From: the human T2T-CHM13v2.0 reference genome, Homo sapiens
Length of the DNA: 64,000 nt
Assembly (NCBI RefSeq): GCF_009914755.1
Contig: NC_060944.1
Strand: one strand, 5' to 3'
The notes beneath the pieces are model-generated. The model had not been told where the DNA came from, did not search any database, and saw only the letters and a program-made list of their open reading frames with translations. Positions 1-20,399 of the stretch are shown in pieces. Each line of letters begins with the position of its first letter. Within the stretch, counting starts at the first letter, position 1. The position numbers and the translations under genes are program-made.

Positions 1-353
1 TCTTGGAACAGGTAAATGTGTGCAAATGCCCATCCTCCAGTGGGAGGTGGAGCCCATGGAGGCCCATGCAGAGTCCATGAGGGGTGGCTTCTTTCCCACA
101 GACTGTATGGGCACCAAATGTTTCACATTGTCCTAAGTGAGGGCCCAGCAAGAAAACCTCCGGGGCTTATCCCACCTCCCCGACAGGCCGGAGGCGAGGA
201 GGTGGCTGCCCGGGGCCTTGGCTGTTGGTGCAGCATTGAGTGCAACATCGGATCCCTAAGGGACAGAGACCAGGGGCTCAGTGCATCCAGGGGACACCTG
301 GGAACTGGTGGGTTTGGGTTGGGGGCCTTCTGTTTGAGATGGAGGTGCGATGA

Positions 354-1602
<1,249 letters not shown>

Positions 1603-1896
1603 TGACAGTTTAGAACTTGACACACTCAGAATTATGGGCGCTGTGTCTCTTCCCCCTTTCTAAAGGCTGATGGTAAAACACTCAGAGATCACCGCCCATT
1701 GTGCTCTGTTGCTAAGAGCTGGATTTGCCTTTTACTCTCTGAGTCTTTCAGCTCAACATTTTTCACCCACTATTCCAGGAGGACCTCACGAGAACCCCCG
1801 ATATTAGGCGGGGAAACATGATTATGTGTCATGTGTTTTCAGATAGATAGGAAAAGTAAGGTGGAGCGTTTTGCCGGGGGTCACAGGAGGCGCTGA

Positions 1897-2361
<465 letters not shown>

Positions 2362-2483
2362 TAGCTTCTGTAATGAGAGAGAACACAAGGAAAAAAGTGT
2401 GCACTTAATATCTGGAAGAAAAAATGGAATCAAATTGAAACTTAAAATGTTTTCTTGATGTTATGAAAACTGAGCTATTCCAT

Positions 2484-3001
<518 letters not shown>

Positions 3002-3379
3002 ATTCAATGGAAATGTTTTCCCAATGTATTTCAGAAAATAAAGTTTAGATTACTGATGCTCCACAATATGCCAACTGTACACTAAAAAAAAAAAAAATCT
3101 GAAATATATATTTATGCTCCCATAAAGTGGATTTTGAGTTTCCCCCATCAAGTAGACACACACAGTAAATGTTAAAACTCAACAGAGTTATATTTAAAAC
3201 AATTATTTGGTATAATTGGTGAAGAAGAGTTCAGTCAACCAGCATCTACTATGCCTGCCCAACGGTGCTCAGATGGAGAGAGAAAAGGGCTGGTGTTTAA
3301 AGAGAGAGAGGTCCTCAGAAAGGCCCTTTCTGCTGCCACAGCCATCCTCCTAAAAAGCAAATCTTCTCTTTTCACTTGC

Positions 3380-3790
3380 ATCAGTTAGGACTAGTGCATG
3401 TAGCAAAAAGCAAAGCAAAGCAAACACAACTGTGACTTAAACAAGGAAAATCAAAAGGAAATCTGGAGGCAGGCAGCAGGATCCCGTATCATTAGCACCT
3501 GGCTCTCATCTTCAAGACCATCTTGTGGTCCAAGAGGGCTGCAGAAGCTCCAGTTCTCACATCTGCATCTTAGGCTAGAAGGAAGAGGAAAGGCAGATGG
3601 CAAGAAGGGAACCCTTGGAGCTGAGTCAGCTGTGTCTCTAAGCAACAGTGCACTTTAATGCTTATTGGCCAGAACATAGACACATGACTGCACCTAGCTG
3701 CTACAGAGGCTGGGCAGTATCATTTTTATTCTGGATGGCAATGGACCCAGTTAAAAATCAGGACTTTGTTATTGAGGAGAAAGAGGAGAA
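3380..3790 (-). mobile_element. Old MaLR LTR (MLT1-type)
   Basis: tcagttagga...cttattggccagaac...cacatgactgcacctagctgc motifs. Confidence 0.55.
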
Positions 3791-4001
3791 TGGTTGGATG
3801 TGGGAGTGGTCCCAGCTACTTGGGAGGCTGAGGTGGGAGGATCACTTGAGCCCAGGAGGTCAAGGCTGACACAGTATACAACACCCCTTTCAGTGTAACA
3901 GCCTCTGTGGGCTCCTTGGTGGTGGGATTACAGCCTCACTACTCAGGGTAGGTAGATCAGTACCAGCCTCACCTGGGAGCTAGTTAGAAATGCAGATTCT
4001 C

Positions 4002-4283
<282 letters not shown>

Positions 4284-4322
4284 TCAGCCCACCCCAGACC
4301 TGCTGGATTAAAAACTGCATTC

Positions 4323-4628
4323 TGGCCAGGGATGCAGGCTCCTGCCCATAATCCCAGCACTATGGGAGGCCGAAGTGGGAGGATGGCTTGAGCTCAGGAG
4401 TTCAAGACCAGCCTGGGCAACAAAGTAAGACCTCCATCTCAACAAAAAATTAAAAAAAAAATTAGCCAGGTGTGGTGGTGTGTGCCTGTAGTCCCAACTA
4501 CTTAGGAGGCTTAGATGGGAGGATTGCTTGAGCCCAGGAAGTTGAGGCTGCAGTGGAGCTGTGATCATGTTACTGCACTCCAACTGGGGCAATAGAGTGA
4601 GACACTGTCTCAAAAATAATAAATAAAA
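4323..4628 (+). mobile_element. AluJ
   Basis: Full dimer; TSD aaaaactgcatt. Confidence 0.9.
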
Positions 4629-4809
4629 ACTGCATTTTATCAGGATCCACAGCTGGTGCCTTGCACCTTGAATTTGAGAGGAACTAGGATAAAGTCCAAA
4701 TGCAAACTTGGGGTGCAAGAACTTGTACCTTGCCTAGACCTCACCTAGACAGCCTGCTTTCTCAAGGCCGAGCCCTGGCTGTACCAAAATTCTCACTGTC
4801 CCCCGAGCA

Positions 4810-5150
4810 AGGCCTGCTTTGGTACATTTTTGCCCCCACCTTTCCCTCTGTCTGAAATGTCCTTTGCCTGTCCGTTCACTCAGCATCTTCCGAGAACCAG
4901 TTCAAAGGTCCTGTCCTCTGGGAAGCTTTGTGGGATCCCCTGACACTGGGCCTCTTTTCTGGGCTTTCGGCGCCTTGTGCAAACACCCATTCCATCACAT
5001 ATGACGCTGTTTAGTAATTGGGTTTCATGTCTGGCTTCCTCACCAGCATGGAAGCTCCACAAAGCAGCAGCCTGGTCACCTTTTCTCTTCCAAGTGCCCA
5101 GAACAGCCCCTGGATGCTAACAGGGGCGCCGTAAAGGTTTGTCAAATTAC
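4810..5150 (+). mobile_element. L2 3' end (hosts the SMOX cassette exon)
   Basis: Degenerate match to L2 3' consensus (ttccctctgtctgaaatg...ttcaaaggtc...gtaattgggtttcatgtctg...aagctcca...gtgcccagaacag). Confidence 0.65.
5047..5136 (+). CDS. SMOX: SMOX alternative cassette exon (exon VIa), HGSSTKQQPGHLFSSKCPEQPLDANRGAVK
   Basis: cttcctcaccAG acceptor 5045-5046, AAG|GTTTGT donor 5137; 90 nt, phase 0/0, no stop; matches the 30-aa insert I recall in the long (585 aa) isoform. Confidence 0.88.
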
Positions 5151-5156
5151 CACCGA

Positions 5157-5711
<555 letters not shown>

Positions 5712-6030
5712 GGGCTGTCCTCGCTGCTGAGAAGAGCCACTAACTCGTGACCTCCAGCCTGCCCCTTGCTGCCGTGTGCTCCTGCCTTCCTGATCCTCTG
5801 TAGAAAGGATTTTTATCTTCTGTAGAGCTAGCCGCCCTGACTGCCTTCAGACCTGGCCCTGTAGCTTTTCTTTTTCTCCAGGCTGGGCCGTGAGCAGGTG
5901 GGCCGTTGAGTTACCTCTGTGCTGGATCCCGTGCCCCCACTTGCCTACCCTCTGTCCTGCCTTGTTATTGTAAGTGCCTTCAATACTTTGCATTTTGGGA
6001 TAATAAAAAAGGCTCCCTCCCCTGCCCCTC
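5712..6030 (+). other. SMOX: SMOX 3' UTR (end approximate)
   Basis: Follows stop codon; AATAAA at 6002-6007 with downstream T/GT-rich sequence at 6040-6080. Confidence 0.8.
6002..6007 (+). terminator. SMOX polyadenylation signal AATAAA
   Basis: First AATAAA after the stop, followed by GT-rich downstream element. Confidence 0.85.
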
Positions 6031-6409
6031 AGCTTCTCTCTGGTTTTCTCAGCCTCTGTGTATGTGTGTGTGTTTATTTCTGTCACACCGCCTTTGAGTG
6101 AGAGGGAGAAGGTTGGGGAGCCCTGGCCTGGCTGTGTCCCCAGAGGGAAGGTGCTGCTTTTACTGGAAGGGATGTCCCCTCCCCCCATCTGTTGGGGTGT
6201 TTACCTTCCTGCCAGTAAGGCCCCTCAGGAATACGGGCCTCTCAGTGTACACCTGCTCCTTCAGGTCTGGCCTGAGTCTGCTTGCTGGCCCTTTTTTTTG
6301 CTGGACTTCTCTGAGTTTAACTGAGTGACACACTGCCTGGAGTGAAGGAGTTCTGTGGGGGGGACCCCCAGTGGTGGTGGCTCCATGCCAAGCCTAGGTA
6401 TGTTCATTG

Positions 6410-6714
6410 TTTTTTTTTTTTTTTTTTTTTTTTTGAGACGGAGTCTCGCTCTGTCGCCCAGGCTGGAGTGCAATGGCGCAATCTCGGCTCACTGCAACCT
6501 CTGCCTCCTGGGTTCAAGCAGTTCTCTGCCTCAGCCTCCTGAGTAGCTGGGATTACAGGCGCCCGCCACCACGCCTGGATAATTTTTGTATTTTTAGTAT
6601 TTTTGTAGTTTCACCATCTTGGCCAGGCTGGTCTTGAACTCCTGACCTCAGGTGATCTACCCGCCTTGGCCTCCCAAAGTGCTGGGATTACAGGGGTGAG
6701 CCACCGCACCTGGC
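6410..6714 (-). mobile_element. AluS
   Basis: Poly-T + reverse Alu; TSD tgttcattgtt. Confidence 0.92.
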
Positions 6715-6894
6715 TTGTTCATTGTTAATTAGCGTCACCTGTCCACTGGGCTGTGGGTCTGGCCCCTGGGGTGGCCTTCTTTTGAACCTCTGGGCAGATG
6801 GTCATTCTGGGCTTTATTTTTTGACAGGGGGAATATCCTAAGGCCTGCCATTTATTGGGGAATAGATTTTTCTTCTCGTCAGCTGGGTTCAGTG

Positions 6895-7274
6895 CTCCCA
6901 ACACTTTGGGAGGCTAAGGTGGCAGGATCACTTGAGCCCAGGAGTCTGAGGCTGCAGTGAGCCATGATTGCACCACTGCACTCCAGCTTGGGTGACAGAG
7001 TGAGACCCTGTCTCAGAAAAATAAAAGAAGGTGTTATTTGTAATCCTTTACATGTAAGCTGTCAAGCTTCTCAGTATTAAGGAATAATTCACACACCAAA
7101 TATAAAGCAATCAATACTTTCCTTTACATACTAGGCATCTAGAAAAGGGTCCTAGGCTGGACATGGTGGCTTATGCCTGTAATCCCACCAATTTGGGAGG
7201 CTGAGGCAGGAGGATTGCTTGAGCCTGGGAACTTGAAACCAGCCTGGGCAACACAGTGAGACCCCATCTCTACA
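6895..7274 (+). mobile_element. Two Alu monomers (6895-7026, 7156-7274)
   Basis: Single-arm Alu sequences. Confidence 0.8.
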
Positions 7275-7329
7275 GATGTCTTTTAAAAAAGAAAAACTTC
7301 TTTTTCTTCTCTTTTTGCTGAGTAAAAAG

Positions 7330-7498
7330 ACACATCTACCCCCTTATATATACTCACCCACATATATAGGTACACATACCTACATATACTCACCACTACA
7401 CCTTACACATAACCCACATGACATATACAGGTACACACACCTACATACACTCACCTCTCTACCCTACACATATACCTACCTACATACACACACACACA
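7330..7498. repeat. Degenerate CA/TA-rich simple repeat
   Basis: tacacatacc-type low-complexity run. Confidence 0.8.
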
Positions 7499-7829
7499 GA
7501 ACCTTAAAGAACAGTCATTTTGTTACTCCACATTTCTAGTGATGAAATTTGAATTCAGATCCACATGGCTCTGTCCATGTGGTTTAAGCCCAAAAGCTAT
7601 ATAAGAATACACTAAAATGTCCCCATTCACACTGTCCGCAGTCATCTTAAAGAACAGTTAGTCATTTTGTTATCCTAGATTTCTAGTGATGAAATTTGAA
7701 TTCTACAGAGTTGAAGGGTGGGGTGATGGGGAGAAGTTATGAAGAGCTTAGGTCAGGTCCCCTTCATGGACATTTAGGGCCCTGCCCTTGACAGGACATG
7801 ACAGCCCCTTCCTCCTCCCAGGTGATTGA

Positions 7830-8538
<709 letters not shown>

Positions 8539-8795
8539 TATATATGAAAAATTGTCTGAATAGAGGATCTGTTCATGTAGTTTAAGCCCAAAAGCTGTCC
8601 ACGTGGATACAATACACTGAAATGTTCCCTCTCACAGTGTCCCCAGTCACTGTTGCCTCTCCCACAGCCCTAGGGGTATCCATTCCTAGATGTAAGTCAA
8701 TATAAAAACACTCTTCTCCCTCCTTTTTATACAAAAGCACCAAAGTATTCATCTTGTCCTGATTTTGCTTGTTTTAGTTAACAATATGTCCTGTA

Positions 8796-9252
<457 letters not shown>

Positions 9253-9749
9253 TTACCTTCCATGACTCATAGTCTGCTGTCTGCTTCTGACTCCTCAGTT
9301 GTTGGATTTCCCCATCCACTGCAGTGGGATGGAGACAAGCAGCCCCATCACATAAGTATCGGGGAAGAAAGTGATAAATAGGTTCTCAGTGTATAGGCAG
9401 AGGAATTTTAAAGGACTCCATGGTGGGGTGAAAGGTCTGGAAATGTTTACTTGGTGACTGCACTTCAGGGAGCTTCATGGGTGGGTAAGAGGGAGGGAGA
9501 GAATATTCACTTAGTGCCAATTGCCTGGCACTATGCCATGTGAATGTGATACTGATTTGACAGTGATGCCAACTCAGGCTTTATTTATTCCTGTGGGCAA
9601 GTGAAACCTCAGAGAAGTTAAGTAACTTGCCCAGGGTTGCTCAGAGGTGCCGAGACATGAGCTGAAGTCTGTCTGACTGCGTGGTGTAGGCTCGTTCTAT
9701 TGTATGATGAAAAGAAGAGGCTGGTGCCACCAAAAAAGCTTAAGGCCAT

Positions 9750-10640
<891 letters not shown>

Positions 10641-11389
10641 CTGAGAATGCCTCCCTCCATTCTCCCATTCCAAAACATGGTCATATTGGCCCAGCTAATT
10701 TCCTCCTTGCAGCAGAGATGACACATCTGAGAGCAGATAAAGGGAGGAGGGGCCCTCTTAGGCCCCACTGGCTGCCTGGTGATAAGCAGTGACCTCAAAT
10801 TAATATAGGATGTCACTGTTTACCAGCTCCATTGCCTGTATCCCCTTATCCTCTCTGCATCTGCAACCACGAAAGAGGGGTTGGGATTGTTCCACAGCAG
10901 AGGAAATGGAGGTTCTCGGAAGGACCTCGGGGAGGCCATGCAAGGCTACTCGGCTTGGAGAGGACATGACCTCGTGGGGAAGGGAGCAACCCGGGGAGGA
11001 AGCCGAGGGGGAGCCTTTGGACACACAGGCAGGGACAGGCGCCAGAGGGGGCACCTCCTGCAGTGTGCTGCCTCCACATCAATAATTGCATAATGTGGAT
11101 ACCATTTATGATTGACAGTTCCAAAAACCAAACTCACTCACTACAGATGAGCAAGGAAGAGCAAGAGCCATTCAGAAGTGAGGAGGTATGACGTACAAGG
11201 AACACAGGATATGTTTCATGCTGTGATGAAGTTTCACAATAGACTTGGCATAGATTGAAACCCAAAGGGCTCTATCAGAAGTGGCAAATGTGGCACGCTC
11301 AGGCCAACACCCATGCCAATGATTCCTATAAAATTCCCATTGCCTGGTAGAAGTTCACAGGAGAGGAAAGTTCTTTCCTGCACCAGGTT

Positions 11390-14255
11390 CTATGGAGAAT
11401 TGGTTGCATGGTTTCTCGTGCTGTGGGCATCAGGGACTTCAGGTGAAGGTATTTAGCTGTGGCTTTGTGCAAACCTCAGAACTGTGTCCTCCAAGGGCCT
11501 GGGGTATTTGGCAGGCGCTGTCTCTTGCTGCCTTTGCTGCTGTATGACAGGTGAGTAATATGTTATATCCTATTTCTTGGGAGCTGCCTGGAGTGTCTGC
11601 CCCTCCTGCAAACAAATGTAGGAGTGAAGCACCTCTAGTTTGAGTCACCTTAACTTACTAGGTCCTGTTGGGGGTGAGCTCAAGGGTAACTCCAAGGTGC
11701 AGAGTGAGTTAGGCTGCTGGTTCAGTTCTTGAGAATTGCCTGTCTAATTAGTGGTCTGCCAAACTTAATGGTAGAGTTACAGAAGGCTGTATTCTTTATA
11801 ATGACTGGCTGGGCTGTTTGTTGAGACTCCTTATTTGTGTAGGACAATCAAGCCATCAACACGCAGGCAGAGTTGTTGCTCTACTAAGGTGGCAGCCAGG
11901 ACATCTAATCTTGTGTTATGTATTTAATATTAAAAAAGGGGGTCGTTCACTGCCCTGTTTCATACTGTTCAGCTTGAGACTGGTAGGTACAAAAGTCTTC
12001 TCACTTCCCATGATTCTAGCGGTGATTGTTTAACACCGATTTTGCCAGAACGTTCAAAGCCTGGATCTCTCTCAGAGAATGCAAAGTGTTAGGCACATTT
12101 TATTTCTGCAAACTCTGTGTTTGTGCAATTTCAATGCGTTGGATTGGGTATTCCCTCTCCATTTCACTGTAGTCCCAGCTACTCCCTTTTGTCTTAGATC
12201 TGCTACCATCCCACTCCCATACATGGGGCACATGGGGTTACACAGCTGTCTTTCATCCCCAGTTCAAGGTCATGTGGCCACTTTATTATGCCTTGAAGCT
12301 CTTTCTTCTCTTCTATGAGCTACTTGGGTGTGCTTTCTGTTACTTGAGCCATTGGTTCCTCCTCTTTTGCTCAAATTAGTTTGGGTTAGGCTTCTGTCAC
12401 TTCTGATCAGTTCAAACTAATTAAAATTGGTTCCAGGACTGGAGTTTTACATTTGGTCTGTCATTTCACTGGGTCTCTTTCTAATACCCTCAACTCTCTT
12501 ACCCCCTGTTTTGTTAAAGCCAATTGACACAATTCCAATCAGCATTCAGTCTACAGCTACGGCTGGGCCACCATCAGTTGCTGCTGGAAAAAAACAGAGC
12601 CACACCTGCTGGCCGAAGCAAAGCAAATAACAACACTGCCTGCAGAATCTTTCCAGGGACTTAACATATTTAAAGCAGAAATTCTGCTTCTTCCTAAATC
12701 TAATCTACCCTTGGTCTTCCACATTTGAGTAAGTGGTACCACCATTTGGCCCAGGGCAAACACCTGGGCCATCATCAACTCCTTTTTCTTTCATATTCCA
12801 CATCTGATCATCAGATTTGCAATCAGCAAATCTTGTTGGCTCTCCCTACAAAACACATCCTGAGTCTGATGACTTTGAGCCTCCTTCACCGCTCCTCACA
12901 TCTCTGCTGTGTATGGCTGCAACAGCCTCCTAAGTGGGGTTCCTTTTTCCACGACTGTCCCTTTTAGCCTGTCCTCTACACAGCAGCAGCATGATCCTTT
13001 CAAAATATAAATCCAGCCACGCCACTTCCCTGGTTCTTAGTAACAACCATCATGCTAACGATCAAAGGTGATTTCCAACATCCTATGTGATCTGTCTCCC
13101 TGGGTCGCACCTCCTCTCCACCCTCTCCTTCCCTTTACCCTGGCTGTCCTCCTTAACTGAAATGCCCCCGTACCCCAGATATTTGCAAGGCTCTTTGCTG
13201 CTGCCTTCAGATCTCTACTCAGATGTCACTTCTTTGGGAAGACTTCCTGAGCAAAAGACTTCCTTGAGCACCTTGTTTCCACAGCCTCCCGCACTCTCTG
13301 CTCTCTCATCCTGCCTGTTTCTTCATAGTCCTTCTCTTTCCCCGATGTTTTTGGTTTTGATGTTTATGTGTTTATTTATTTTCCCTCAACCCCGAATGTA
13401 AGTTCTATGTTCACTTCTGCACGTCCAATGAGTCCAAAATAGTGCCTAGCATAATAGGTTATCAATAAATATTTGCAGAATGAATAAGCAAGGGATTGAA
13501 GAAGCCAAGATAAATGGTGGAAATCCGGAGGACACCCCTCTCCACCATCATTTGTCAATAGGCAATTTGGTCTCTTGCTTCATAGACAAAATAGAAGCCA
13601 CCTGGAGGCAACTTCCTCACCCATCGACAAGCTCACCAGCCTTCATGCCTGTCCTTTGGAGCTTCCCTGCAGACAGTGGCAGGTAAGGCTTCTGCCTCTC
13701 CTAGGCTGACCCTCCACCTGTGCTTCCCATGCCTCAAGTGCAGGGACGTCGCCTCGTCCTTTCCGTCCCCTATCATTCTACTTCATCCTTTCTACCCACA
13801 TTTCACTATGCTCATGTCTTTCCCATCAGCCACCTTCCTCGGGAACCACCTTCCTGGGCCTCTCCTTCAGTCAAGCTGCACAGCAGCATTTTCTACACTT
13901 GCTCTGGCGGCATCCTCACTGTCATGCACTAGCGGTTGTTGGTGAGGTTCTTCAGGCTGCAGATGGAGACATGGGAAGGGCTGGACTGGCTCCCCTTTTC
14001 ACTGTGGCTGGGCAGGGTAGGGGGTACCCCGGCTTCCAGGATCTCTGGAAGCAAGGACAACCTCAAGGGCTGATCCACATCCTCTGGTGCCATCTGCCGC
14101 CCAGATGGGGACACAGCCCTCTTGCTGCACCGAGAAAATGTGTGTCCTGGATTCTCCGTGAGCTTTTCTGAATTAAAACAAACAACATAAAATCATGGGA
14201 GTGCCTTTAATTACTGTTGAATAAGTGAATAAAATAAGATTATAATATTCTACGG
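11390..14255 (+). ncRNA. LINC01433: Probable spliced lncRNA between SMOX and ADRA1D (boundaries approximate)
   Basis: Recalled gene order at this locus. Sequence support: consensus donors CAG|GTGAGT (11551) and CAG|GTAAGG (13683), AATAAA 14228-14233. Exon structure cannot be resolved from sequence alone. Confidence 0.45.
12650..13490 (+). mobile_element. L2 with 3' terminus
   Basis: agtgcctagcata...caataaatatttgcagaatgaat terminus. Confidence 0.75.
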
Positions 14256-14298
14256 TATCATTTATTTTTCATTCTTAACATTATAAAGAGGGCTTGTT

Positions 14299-14616
<318 letters not shown>

Positions 14617-14959
14617 GCTGGTGGCCCCCGAGATGAGATATTTACTTTTGTTCAATTGTTCATTCTTTTGTTCATCTATCAGACTTTTAATGATTTCCTT
14701 TTGTATGCCAGGCTACGTGCTTAAAAAAAGAAAAGCTTCACTATGCTTTAAGACATAAGTTCAGTAAATAAATAAGAAATGTGTGCTTAGTTTGTTCCCT
14801 AAGGAAAGCTGGACTTACGGGTTGTATTTGTAATAGTTGTGTGTGTGGATTAAGTAATGTGGGTGTGAGGAATAAGTCACAGGTGTGGATATATCTTATG
14901 TGTCCTGTTAAATCTGGCTTCCTAATGGGAACAAAATAAGGTCTTATTTAAAAAATTAG

Positions 14960-16505
<1,546 letters not shown>

Positions 16506-17357
16506 AGGAAGTGTAGATTTCTCCCTGGTTCTCCTCCAAGGCTATTGACACTGAGTCATTATGCATCTTAGTTCTCTTCTCCCTGAGAAAATTCACCTGA
16601 GCCTCCTTCTAGTTAATCTCACCACAGCTGGCGTCTGGGGGTTCTGCAGCCCTCATTTCTATCAAAGCATCTTTGGAAGGTTCTTGGGGCCACCACAGAT
16701 ACCAGGCAGCCAGCACAAGTCTCAGTTGCCAAGGCTCAGTGAGCAGAGGCCCTGGGCTATTCCAGGGCTGGCTGCCAGGCCCTGTCCATTCCCAGTTGGG
16801 TTAAGTTGACTTTCCGTCCTCCAGTCTGGTCCTCCTTGCTTTTTGTCTACACTGTTGTTTTTCCAAGTGTGGTCCCCTGAACAGCAGCATCAGCATCTCC
16901 CGGGAACTCAGTAGAAATGCAGAATATCAGACTCCTCTTCTGACCTGAATCAGAATCTGCATTTTAACAAGGTCTCCAGGTGATTTGTGTGCACATTTGG
17001 GTCGATCTGTGCTAACTATAATACCGCACTCATAGTGAGGCTCAGCTGTGCCTCATGCTTTTCACACAGCAGGGGTTAATAATCTCCTTACATCCCTCCC
17101 TCCCTCATGCCCCTTGTCATACATTTCTAGAGCTCACCTCCCAGGGAGAGTTTGCCCATCTTTAAGTTATTTTGCAGGCAGGTGTTAGGGCTTCCCCACG
17201 GCCTGTGAGTGTTCCAGTGCTGCGGTGGCCTTCCATTTCTTTTGCCTGTCTAGAGCCTTGCTCTTCTAAGTGTGTTCAGTGGATCAGCAGCATTGGCCTC
17301 ACCTGGGAGCCTTTTAGAGCATCAGAATCCCAGGCTCCATCCTCAGACCTGCCGGAT

Positions 17358-18160
17358 CATAAAGCAGGGCAGGTGAGCTCCCAAACTGGGGCTTAGCTGC
17401 CCTGCATTATGAGTTTTTGGCTTTGCCCAGGAAAGAATTCAAGGGTGAGCTGGTGGTGTTAGACAGCGACTTTTACTGAAGTGGCAGTGCACAGCAGTAG
17501 CAAAGGCACAGTTCCTTGTGGGGCAGGGCTACCCCACAGGCAGTGTGCCCAGAGGAGCAGCTCAGAGGCAGTTCTGCAGTCATTTTTTTTTTTTTTTTTT
17601 GAGACGGAATCTTGCTCTGTCGCCCAGGCTGGAGTGCAATGGCACAATCTCGGCTCACTGCAAGCTCCGCCTACCGGGTCACGCCATTCTCCTGCCTCAG
17701 CCTCCCGAGTCGCTGGGACTACAGGCGCCCACCACCACGCCCGGCTAATTTTTTGTATTTTCAGTAGAGACGGGGTTTCACCATGTTAGCCAGGATGGTC
17801 TCGATTTCCTGACCTCGTGATCCGCCCGCCTCGGCCTCCCAAAGTGCTGGGATTACAAGCGTGAGCCACCGCGCCCAGCCTGCAGTCATATTTATACCTA
17901 CTTTTAACTACATGCAAATTAAGGGGGTGGATTTTGCAGACATTTTTAGGAAAAAGGTGATAACTTCTGGATCATTGGGTGGTTGCCATGGAAAGGGGTG
18001 GTAACTTTCAGGTGTTGCCATGGCAATGGTAAACTGACATGGCACACTGATGGACATGTCTTACGGAGGGATGCTTTTGTCTCTTCCTGTTTCAGCTAGT
18101 TCTCAATTTGGTGTGGTGTCCTAGCCCCACCTGTGGAGTCAAGTCCCACCTCCTACCTCA
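17358..18160 (-). mobile_element. ERV1-class solo LTR (LTR9-like, tentative) containing AluY
   Basis: Reverse terminus TGAGGTAGGAGGTGGGACTTGACTCC; inserted in a MER5A. Confidence 0.65.
17583..17880 (-). mobile_element. AluY
   Basis: Y diagnostics (gcaagctccgcc, acgccattctcc, ttagccaggatgg); CpG-rich; TSD tgcagtcat. Confidence 0.9.
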
Positions 18161-18380
18161 ATCAGAACCTGAGTTTTTTTCCAACACGAGCTCCAGGTGA
18201 GTTGATTGCACAGTAAAGTCTGAGATGTGCTGTTTACACCACTGGTTCCTCATCTTGGCATAAGGATCATTTGGGGAGATTTAAGAAACCAACAACTCAG
18301 TGTTCCTGGCTTAACTTAGAGTTGTGGTTCCTGCCCTTGACTGCACATTGAATCACCTGGGAGCTTTAAAAGCCATGGGT

Positions 18381-18985
<605 letters not shown>

Positions 18986-19676
18986 GAAAAGCCATGGATG
19001 CCCAGGGCCACCCCTAGAACTGGTTTGAATTGGTCTTTCCCCTGTGTTCTTCAATGTAGGCAGCAACTCCTGCCTCTAATTCCATCAGGGGCCACCTTTT
19101 CCTACCATAATGGCTTTCATTTCACAAGTCAGGGGGCCAAAGAGATGAGCTTGACTGTTGCGAACGATATCTGCCTTTGCTCTTCAGGCAGGAACTGGGG
19201 AACTAACCCTGCAGGGGTTCAGATTTCTTGGGCTACTGCAAGACAGCCTTCGGTCAAAGCTCCATTAACTTACTAGCTACATGGCCCCCACTGTGATCAG
19301 TGTTTTTTAATCTCTGAAAGGTTTTTTTTCCTACCTAGTGAACAATCACACAGATACTTTTGTAGAACGAAGATGTTTACAAAACAAAGCATGTGGGGCA
19401 AGTGTACCCAGCCTTCCTTTTATTCAAGAGGTTCTGGGACAGTGAACTTACCCAGATTAATCAATTTCACGGGGTATGCCATATTTTAGGAATAACTTTT
19501 TGGACAATTTGTCCGCACGTCTATTTCCTTAAACTTGCCATTTTATGTCCTTGCACAGTTATTATGTTACAATATATTCTCCACCATCAAATTTTCACAC
19601 TTCCAGGATTCAATAAAAAAGCTTAGCAATGCCTGTGAGGCATGAAGATTACCTTCTGAATCATCAAAGAGAGATG

Positions 19677-20365
<689 letters not shown>

Positions 20366-20399
20366 CTTTCTTCAACTTTGTATACTGAAACATAGCATA

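Noticed and set aside
13929-14114. 61-aa minus-strand ORF within the lncRNA region
   Set aside because: Short, no recognisable homology, opposite to the splice and poly(A) signals.
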